A stretch of DNA of 12,073 nt from a virus. The translations under genes and the position numbers were made by a program. Shown in pieces: positions 1 to 6,154 of this stretch; position 1 is the stretch's first letter; each line of letters begins with the position of its first letter. Below the pieces are notes generated by a model that saw only the letters and a program-made list of their open reading frames with translations, had not been told where the DNA came from and ran no database searches. Where the stretch lies: positions 1 through 12,073 of IMG/VR virus record IMGVR_UViG_3300045988_125741. The stretch is one strand, 5' to 3'.

Positions 1-286
1 GGTACAGTAAATATTTCCATGGAAATCGAGTAAATAAATCCCAATTCCTAGCCACTTCCTGCCAATTCCCAACACTTACAATAATATTCCAGCAATGCCA
101 ATCACTACCATTTCATTTCCATCCAACTACCAATTTATAACAATTACAATAACTTACACATATTCCAGTAGCTTACAATTTGATGTAATTTATTGTAATT
201 GACTGAATTTTACAATTACCACTCTTTCCCATATACAAAGAGTATACTGGCATATTATATAATTATATTTGTGCAAGTTGACTATT
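1..286. repeat. Left inverted terminal repeat (ITR)
   Basis: I compared 1..286 block by block with the reverse complement of 11788..12073 and found no mismatch. Identity ends at 287 (g versus a in the right-end copy). Confidence 0.97.
13..26. repeat. 14-bp perfect palindrome ATTTCCATGGAAAT near the genome end (mirrored at 12048..12061)
   Basis: Self-complementary by inspection. It is flanked by direct AGTAAATA repeats at 6..13 and 29..36. Confidence 0.9.
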
Positions 287-313
287 GACTTTTTGAAAAT
301 TTTCATTTATAAT
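285..313 (+). promoter_or_regulatory. SigmaA/sigma70-type promoter of the rightward (virion/lysis) operon
   Basis: TTGACT (285..290), a 17-nt spacer, then TATAAT (308..313). A second TTGACT lies 7 nt upstream (278..283) inside the ITR. The first gene starts at 347. Confidence 0.75.
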
Positions 314-346
314 GCAAGTAGAAAATAAAAGAAAGGTATGTAATTT

Positions 347-508
347 ATGGATGCTATTATGACAGCGGTTTCTACAGTAGGTTTTCCAATTGCAATTTCC
401 TGCTATTTGCTGTACACACAAACTAAATATATGCAGGCTATCAAATCCGCCCTGGAAAACAACACCAAAGCAATTACAGATTTGGCTGAAAAATTGGAAA
501 AGAGTTGA
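347..508 (+). CDS. Small single-pass membrane protein, YvrJ-like; holin candidate (53 aa, not in the ORF track)
   Basis: ATG at 347 lies 10 nt after GAAAGG (331..336), and the stop TGA is at 506..508. The translation is MDAIMTAVSTVGFPIAISCYLLYTQTKYMQAIKSALENNTKAITDLAEKLEKS. It has one hydrophobic helix with the GFPIA..YLL signature I associate with the YvrJ family, followed by an amphipathic tail. It is the first gene of the late operon. Confidence 0.6.
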   Translation: MDAIMTAVSTVGFPIAISCYLLYTQTKYMQAIKSALENNTKAITDLAEKLEKS

Positions 509-514
509 TAATTA

Positions 515-1492
515 ATGTTGTTCAGACCGTTTGACTACTGGCGTGGCGGTGTTTTTTCCTATAATGATTATGACCCCAAGGCAAAAGGCATTCGTGACAA
601 GCCCCGGAATTTTGAAACACACATGTCGGAATTTTTCAATACTACTGCCATTATGTTTCAATGGGATACTAGGGAATTAGAAATTCCAATTTTTAGGTTG
701 GAACAGTATTTACAGTGCTATGGTTGGGCTGCTGTAATTACCAAGAACGGCAAAAAGCTAGTTGTATCTGGAAATTGTGCCGGATGGCTGGGCGAATGGA
801 CAGAGTATTACATGCCAGCCGGAATTATAGTAACAAACCCATACGCACAAGAATTTAACGGACAGTATTATTTTTCAGATGATAATTGCATTCTTATTCG
901 CAATGATTCCGAATTTTTAGGGTTATATCCAATGTTTGCAAGGGCGTGTGAAATGTTGGTTGAAAATGATATTACAATTCTGAATGCATTGGAAAATTTG
1001 CGAATTATGAATATTTACTATGCAGAAGATTCCAATACAGCGAATGCATTTACTCAAATGCAAAAAAATCTGAAATGGGGCAAGTTGTCAACAGTTTTAC
1101 AGACTGTAAAATCATGGATGAACGGCGAGACAAAACCGTTAGGCGTTTTGCCTGTAAATGGAGTATGCACTACATATATGCAACAGTTAATTGAAATTGC
1201 AACATATATTAAGGGGCAGTTATACAATTCAATTGGGCTACAATCTAATTGGAATATGAAACGGCAATCATTATCAGAAAATGAAATCGGCGCTAATGAT
1301 GATATTTTAAAACCGTTAGTACAAAATATGTTATTGTGTAGACAGGATGCCGCAAAAAAATTGGGATGGACTGTAAAACTTAATGACATATGGGAACATA
1401 TAGAAGAAAAGGGTGTGGCTAATGAATCTGTTGAAACTGTATCCGACAATGACCGGGATATTTACGAAAATGCCGGGGATTCCATGGAGTGA
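515..1492 (+). CDS. Portal (connector / upper collar) protein, phi29 gp10-like
   Basis: 325 aa, compared with about 309 aa for gp10. Several blocks are collinear with remembered gp10 segments. [28 protein letters not shown] resembles [58 protein letters not shown] resembles [42 protein letters not shown] resembles KKERMVTDEVSSNDE. The C-terminal tail is acidic. Confidence 0.85.
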   Translation: [325 protein letters not shown]

Positions 1493-2051
1493 CAGCCTGA
1501 ATATTACAGCAGAACAGGCAGACAACTCCTTTTTTGTCCAGTGGGGTGCAATTTGTCCTTCATGGTATCTTTTGCAAAAAGTTTCCAGCAATGGTATTAT
1601 TGAAGATTCTGTAAAAACACAAATAGCAAATGCAATTTATTCAATGTATTCTAACGAGTGGAAAAAACTTTCAAAAGTTTTTTCGTTAAACTATGAAATT
1701 CTGAATAGTGCTAACGAAAAAACTATTACAGAAATTGCAGATAATGAGCAATTCAGACATGGACATTCAGTGAATACTACAAGTAGCGGAAATTCCAGTT
1801 TGTGGGGGTTTAACTCATCATCTGGAATTCCAAGCGATTCAGATAGTAATGAATCAAATACTACTAATTCCGGGGTTGATACCAACACCAGGGATAATGT
1901 TCGCATCACCACTAGAACAGGGCAAACGATTCCGGCTCAAGATTTAATTTCCAAAGAGTGGGAAGTCTGGAAGAAAAACTATTTTGCAATTGTTTACAAT
2001 GATATATTAAAGGTGATTGCATCGCCTATTTATGAAATGGAGGAAATTTGA
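1422..2051 (+). CDS. Virion-module protein of unknown function (candidate lower collar/head-tail adaptor or scaffold)
   Basis: The ORF is open from 1413 (GTG). I prefer the ATG at 1422, which lies 8-9 nt after AAAGGG (1408..1413). That start gives a 71-nt overlap with the portal ORF; 1449 and 1470 are alternative ATGs. The middle of the protein is Ser/Asn/Thr-rich (SSGNSS..SSSGIPSDSDSNESNTTNSG). The stop TGA at 2049..2051 lies just before the capsid start. Function is inferred from position only. Confidence 0.6.
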   Translation: MNLLKLYPTMTGIFTKMPGIPWSDSLNITAEQADNSFFVQWGAICPSWYLLQKVSSNGIIEDSVKTQIANAIYSMYSNEWKKLSKVFSLNYEILNSANEKTITEIADNEQFRHGHSVNTTSSGNSSLWGFNSSSGIPSDSDSNESNTTNSGVDTNTRDNVRITTRTGQTIPAQDLISKEWEVWKKNYFAIVYNDILKVIASPIYEMEEI

Positions 2052-2052
2052 A

Positions 2053-3357
2053 ATGAAAGTAAAACAGGTAGCCACACTTCTAAATACTGTATACAATGAA
2101 ATTATTGGCGAATCCGCTCTTGTAAAAGAGGATTTGTCAAATATTGTAGACGTTGGCAGAGAAATCACCAGTTCTACCCAGTGGGGTGATAATTTCGACA
2201 AGTTTGTGGGAAAGTTAATTGACCAGGTGGGCAGAGTAATTTTTGTTGACAGAACATATCAGCCGGACGATTTGGGGCTGCTCCGGGATTCCTGGACATA
2301 TGGCAGTATTTTGCAGAAAGTTCGCTGTGATGTAGGTGACTACGTTGACAATAAAGCATGGCAGTTGGCAGATACACAGAAACCGGATTTTTCCGATTTG
2401 TTTGATTTTGACAGTGCACCCACTGTAATGGCAAAATATTTCAATATGAAAACCACATTCAGAGAAAAGATTTGCATTACACGGGAACAGGCAGAATCTG
2501 CATTCCGTTCGGCAGAGGACATGAACCGATTTATTTCTATGATTGAAAACCGAATTCAGATGAAAATGAATTTGGCAACAGAAGCATTGGCGTACCGAAC
2601 CGAAGCAAATTTGATTGCTGAAAAGCTGTGGAGTGGTAACAATGTTGTAAATCTTTTGCATGATTACCACGTAGAAACAAGCGACAATTCAGTAACTGCC
2701 GATAATTGGAAAACAAAGCCCGATTTTCTACGATTTGTTTCCAATAAGCTGCAGATGTACAAAAAGCTGATTGCAAAAGCATCCATGCTGTTCAATGATG
2801 CCGGATATACCACATTCACGCCCCCGGAAAAATTGAGAATGTACGCACTTACAGATTTTGCTAGCGCAATGCGCACACATCTCTATGGCAACACATACCA
2901 TACCGAATTTGTGGAGGTTGACGGATATCATGAAGTGCCCTATTGGCAAGGAATGGGTACAAATGCAAAATATTCCGATAGGTCTATGCTGAACGTAATT
3001 CCGGCGTCGCAAGTAGGAAATGCCACAGCACAGATTGTACAGGATGGAATTATTTTTGTGATGCAGGACGATGAAGCGGCTCTTATTTGTTGTGAACAGA
3101 ATCCAGTTGACAGTCTTTACAACCCAGAGGGACGTTTTTACAAGTATTTCTATTCTGCTGATGCAAGTTATTACAATGACCTTGCAGAAAATGTAATTGT
3201 ATTTACGGTATCAGAATATTATTACGTTCCCTTGACTGTTCAGCCTGCTGATTGGACAACCGATTATGCGAATTACTATGTTCTTACAAATGGAGCATAT
3301 GTACAGAATTCCTCGGATACATTCGATGCAAACACCAGATATTACAAAAAGGCATAG
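2053..3357 (+). CDS. Major capsid protein (phi29 gp8-like size and position)
   Basis: The track ORF starts at 2017, but the ATG at 2053 (MKVKQV...) has GGAGG (2039..2043) 9 nt upstream and follows the previous stop. At 434 aa it is close to the 448 aa of gp8. It is followed immediately by a hairpin terminator/attenuator, as is common after capsid genes. Similarity to gp8 is only loose (FVGKLIDQVGRVIF versus FITSLVDRIGLVVI). Confidence 0.7.
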   Translation: MKVKQVATLLNTVYNEIIGESALVKEDLSNIVDVGREITSSTQWGDNFDKFVGKLIDQVGRVIFVDRTYQPDDLGLLRDSWTYGSILQKVRCDVGDYVDNKAWQLADTQKPDFSDLFDFDSAPTVMAKYFNMKTTFREKICITREQAESAFRSAEDMNRFISMIENRIQMKMNLATEALAYRTEANLIAEKLWSGNNVVNLLHDYHVETSDNSVTADNWKTKPDFLRFVSNKLQMYKKLIAKASMLFNDAGYTTFTPPEKLRMYALTDFASAMRTHLYGNTYHTEFVEVDGYHEVPYWQGMGTNAKYSDRSMLNVIPASQVGNATAQIVQDGIIFVMQDDEAALICCEQNPVDSLYNPEGRFYKYFYSADASYYNDLAENVIVFTVSEYYYVPLTVQPADWTTDYANYYVLTNGAYVQNSSDTFDANTRYYKKA

Positions 3358-3362
3358 TAGAA

Positions 3363-3390
3363 AATAGGCGGATAATCCGCCTATTTCCTT
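3363..3390 (+). terminator. Hairpin terminator/attenuator after the capsid gene
   Basis: AATAGGCGGA (3363..3372), loop TAA, TCCGCCTATT (3376..3385), then TTCCTT. The stem is 10 bp but the U-tract is only moderate, so it is probably leaky because downstream late genes must still be expressed. Confidence 0.5.
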
Positions 3391-3402
3391 ATGGAGGTAA
3401 AT

Positions 3403-3834
3403 ATGAACATTAAACTTTTATCATATTCACAACCTAAAAACAGTGTTAAGAAATCCTATACCACATGGGCAAATTTAACAGGTTCAATGCGTGATACACT
3501 AAATATTGTAAACCCTGTATTTTTAGTTCAAGCAACAGAGCAATATGACAAGGCTAACGCTGTTTATTGTGAAGAGTTGGATAGATACTATTTTATCACA
3601 GGGAAAGAGTGGGTAAGAACCGGACTTTTGGCAATTTCATGTCATGTTGATGTATTAGTGACATATCAGGGAGACATCTGGAACAATTCCGGCATTATAT
3701 CAAGAAATTCAAATCTATTTAATGGATATTTGCCCGACAATAAACAAAAGATTTTTCAATATGACAAGACACAAATTAAAGTATTTCCAAGGGAAATCCT
3801 AGTTGATACCAATATTTTGATTACTGTGGGGTGA
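3403..3834 (+). CDS. Tail protein resembling the N-terminal domain of the phi29 gp9 tail knob
   Basis: ATG at 3403 lies 5 nt after GGAGG (3393..3397); the track start at 3391 sits on the SD. The product is 143 aa. The pattern NAVYCEELDRYYFITGKEW..LLAISCHVDVLVTY matches the remembered gp9 N-terminal pattern ASYIMFQNADYGNKWFYAFVTEL..VHFEIDVLQTW. Confidence 0.6.
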   Translation: MNIKLLSYSQPKNSVKKSYTTWANLTGSMRDTLNIVNPVFLVQATEQYDKANAVYCEELDRYYFITGKEWVRTGLLAISCHVDVLVTYQGDIWNNSGIISRNSNLFNGYLPDNKQKIFQYDKTQIKVFPREILVDTNILITVG

Positions 3835-3838
3835 CTAT

Positions 3839-5440
3839 ATGAATATCATACGATTAGGAATTTTTGACGAAACAGGCGTAAAATTTGTAAAAAAGGTAGA
3901 TGCAGGTTTTTTTAATCCTAACGGTGCTCTTGCATCTGCTCTTTTATTGAAGCCGCTTGTAAATACCCAGATAGATGCTATAGAATATTCAACCGTTCTT
4001 GTAAATCATATAGGACATATGGAAAATATAAATGACACTTTTTCGGGCGGTAGTAATATTTCTGATTTATTTAATGATAATTCCAATAAAATTTTTGTTA
4101 TGAAAAATGAAAAGGAAAAGACAGAAAATTTTTTGCAAGTTATAACAACGGAGACACAATATTCAGGGATTACATATTTTATTGGTGATAATAGGATTAA
4201 TCAAGAAGCTACACTAACATTGCCTGTTGCTAATAGTATAATAAAAATGTGTTACTATTACAGAATTGTTAATAATGTTTTAAAAGAGTTTATTGGTTGG
4301 TTATATCTAGCACCTACTGGGCAAATAGACACATCAGGCCTGCCAACATATAGAATATCTGGGGTTCTTGTTGATTTAAATTTTTGGGAAAAAGGCAAAG
4401 TGCCCCCATTTGGAGACCCCACACCGGGGGGTGCAATTGGAGGATATGGTACATATGACGATACAAGCGACAATTTCCCAATTCCGCCCAATAGATTGAA
4501 TGATGTATATGGTAGCATTTTATCAAACCAAAACGGAAAAATACAAATGTATACGCTTGATTCTGGTGCGTATGGGGCTTTCCTTGGCAAAATTTACACA
4601 AATGATTTTTGGCAATATTGGAAAAATACAATGTTTAATCCTCTGGAGGGCATATACAGTTGCATCCGTGTTCCATTTAGTGAACTTGAACTAACACGGT
4701 CTGCCGTTGCTAAAATTAATGTATCAAATACAGAACTTGAAATTTTGGCAGGCGCGTACAAAGTTACAAATAATTACGTTAAAGACCAATTAATTACCTC
4801 CAATTATGTAATTGATGAATATTTTGGTAGTTTTCTTGATTATTCCCCGTACACTACATGCGAATTATATATCCCTTTTTATGGAACAGTAAACATAGAT
4901 ATAAACGAAATTATGGGTGGAAATATTTCCATCACTAGAAGAAATAACTATGTAAATGGGGATTTTGTGGTGTTCGTTCAATGTGTGAATAGATTTGGGA
5001 TTGCTGTCACGCATGCATATGCTGGAAATGCCGCTATCACATTACCAATTACAGCCGGAAATGACGGTTCCCCTAACAGAATACTTGACCTGGTTCAGGG
5101 TGTAGCCAATTTAGCAATGGGAAATTATGTTGGTGCTGGGACATCAGCGGTAAATGCTTTGACAGAAAAAGGAAATACTTCAACGGTTCAAAAATTATCA
5201 GGAGGATCCGGATGGAATGCAAGTCACGATTTTGCATTAATTTTCCGGCGTTCATGCCCCAGCAATCCAGAAAATTACACCAAGGAAAACGGCAGACAAG
5301 CAGACGAATTTGTAAATTTTTCAGATTTACAAGGATATACAGAAGTATCTGCTGTAGATTTGAAATTTACATCTGGTAAAATTACATCGGCAGAAATTGA
5401 CGAAATTAACAATTTATTGAAACAGGGGGTATTTTTCTAA
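3839..5440 (+). CDS. Tail protein; C-terminal half resembles the C-terminal part of the phi29 gp9 tail knob
   Basis: 533 aa. SPYTTCELYIPFYGTVNIDINEI resembles gp9 [23 protein letters not shown]. A Gly/Ala-rich segment (VQGVANLAMGNYVGAGTSAVNAL) resembles GMIGGGISAGASAAGGSALGM. The C-terminal GKITSAEIDEINNLLKQGVFF resembles GDINNNDLQEIRTIFDNGITLW. The N-terminal ~300 aa are not recognisable. The ATG at 3839 lies 4 nt after the stop of the preceding ORF. Confidence 0.6.
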   Translation: MNIIRLGIFDETGVKFVKKVDAGFFNPNGALASALLLKPLVNTQIDAIEYSTVLVNHIGHMENINDTFSGGSNISDLFNDNSNKIFVMKNEKEKTENFLQVITTETQYSGITYFIGDNRINQEATLTLPVANSIIKMCYYYRIVNNVLKEFIGWLYLAPTGQIDTSGLPTYRISGVLVDLNFWEKGKVPPFGDPTPGGAIGGYGTYDDTSDNFPIPPNRLNDVYGSILSNQNGKIQMYTLDSGAYGAFLGKIYTNDFWQYWKNTMFNPLEGIYSCIRVPFSELELTRSAVAKINVSNTELEILAGAYKVTNNYVKDQLITSNYVIDEYFGSFLDYSPYTTCELYIPFYGTVNIDINEIMGGNISITRRNNYVNGDFVVFVQCVNRFGIAVTHAYAGNAAITLPITAGNDGSPNRILDLVQGVANLAMGNYVGAGTSAVNALTEKGNTSTVQKLSGGSGWNASHDFALIFRRSCPSNPENYTKENGRQADEFVNFSDLQGYTEVSAVDLKFTSGKITSAEIDEINNLLKQGVFF

Positions 5441-6120
5441 TGTTTAAAGAGCGAACAAGTAAACCAGAAAAAGGAAACAAGTACTACACCACAAAAGACT
5501 GCGGGGGCTGGAGCCCGTGCATCAAGGGCAAACCTACTGATACCGATTGTAATGTACTGTCAAATTGTGTCGGGTATGCTGTAGGCAGATTCAATGAGAT
5601 ACATAACCGGAATTCATGCGACCTGTTGGGTAGTAGGAATGCAGGCCTATTGACAGAATTTTGTAAAACACAAGGGCTGATGCTAGATTCTTACATGCCC
5701 CATGTGGGTGCTGTAATGGTTTGGCAAAAAAAGAATGGTGCAGGTCATTGTGCCATAGTAGAAAAAGTTGTAAATGAACATACTGTAATTACCAGTGAAA
5801 GCGGGTACAATTCAAGAATACCATGGTGGCGGAAAGAACGGTGCCGTGGTTCTGGTAGATGGGGGTGTGGTTCTGCCTACACTTTCATAGGATTTATTTA
5901 CAAGGAGGAAATAAAAAATATGGTAAAAATGGGTTCAGTTGGTGCAGATGTCACGAAAATACAGGTGCGTTTAAGAGCATTGGGGTATTTTGATAGTCTG
6001 TGTGATGGTCACTTTGGCAAAAAGACCCTTGGTGCAGTTCTTTCTTTCCAGAAATTGAACGGGCTTGCAGTAGATGGTATTGTGGGGATTAAAACCCTTA
6101 CAGCATTAGGACTAAAATAA
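5440..6120 (+). CDS. Endolysin: CHAP/NlpC-P60-type cysteine peptidoglycan hydrolase + C-terminal PG_binding_1 domain
   Basis: The start overlaps the upstream stop (TAATG), and GGGGG lies about 9 nt upstream. The candidate catalytic Cys is in SNCVGYAVGRF and the candidate His in GAGHCAIVEKV. The C-terminus GADVTKIQVRLRALGYF..GHFGKKTLGAVLSFQKLNGLAVDGIVGIKTLTAL is a textbook PG_binding_1 repeat. Confidence 0.85.
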   Translation: MFKERTSKPEKGNKYYTTKDCGGWSPCIKGKPTDTDCNVLSNCVGYAVGRFNEIHNRNSCDLLGSRNAGLLTEFCKTQGLMLDSYMPHVGAVMVWQKKNGAGHCAIVEKVVNEHTVITSESGYNSRIPWWRKERCRGSGRWGCGSAYTFIGFIYKEEIKNMVKMGSVGADVTKIQVRLRALGYFDSLCDGHFGKKTLGAVLSFQKLNGLAVDGIVGIKTLTALGLK

Positions 6121-6124
6121 AAAT

Positions 6125-6154
6125 AGCCGGGATTTACTCCCGGCTGTTTTTTTT
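6125..6154. terminator. Bidirectional rho-independent terminator between the convergent operons
   Basis: AGCCGGGA (6125..6132), loop TTTAC, TCCCGGCT (6138..6145). It is followed by G+T8 on the + strand and preceded by AAAATAAAAAT, which reads as a U-rich tail on the - strand. Confidence 0.85.

Noticed and set aside
40-220. Short repeated motifs in the ITR as a CRISPR array or tandem-repeat satellite
   Set aside because: The repeats are only 7-9 nt, irregularly spaced and of several different kinds. There is no repeat-spacer periodicity and there are no cas genes.
257-268. AT palindrome ATATAATTATAT, containing TATAAT on both strands, as an outward-facing promoter (for example for a pRNA running into the ITR)
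   Set aside because: Neither orientation has an acceptable -35 hexamer at 16-18 nt. For the outward orientation the only TTG-containing hexamer, TTGCAC (rc of 271..276), is just 3 nt away.
1-286. Terminal inverted repeats as evidence for a transposon, IS, casposon or polinton-like integrated element
   Set aside because: There is no transposase, integrase or Cas1, and no flanking host DNA or target-site duplication, since the window ends at the repeat tips. The cargo is a full tailed-phage virion, packaging and protein-primed replication set, which explains the ITRs.
2017-2052. N-terminal extensions in the ORF track (starts at 2017, 3391, 1413, 9513, 10314, 11126, 11463)
   Set aside because: Several of these starts are TTG or GTG codons, or lie on or upstream of the SD. 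In each case a downstream ATG with a properly spaced AGGAGG-like SD, often right after the previous stop, is the more plausible start. The TTG at 7316 was kept only because it has a strong SD and the next ATG has none.
1054-3012. Minus-strand ORFs antisense to the portal, the 209-aa ORF and the capsid gene (1054..1449, 1331..1591, 1691..1912, 2007..2201, 2174..3012 set)
   Set aside because: They lie on the wrong strand of a unidirectional late operon that ends at a bidirectional terminator. None has an SD and their composition is typical of antisense frames.
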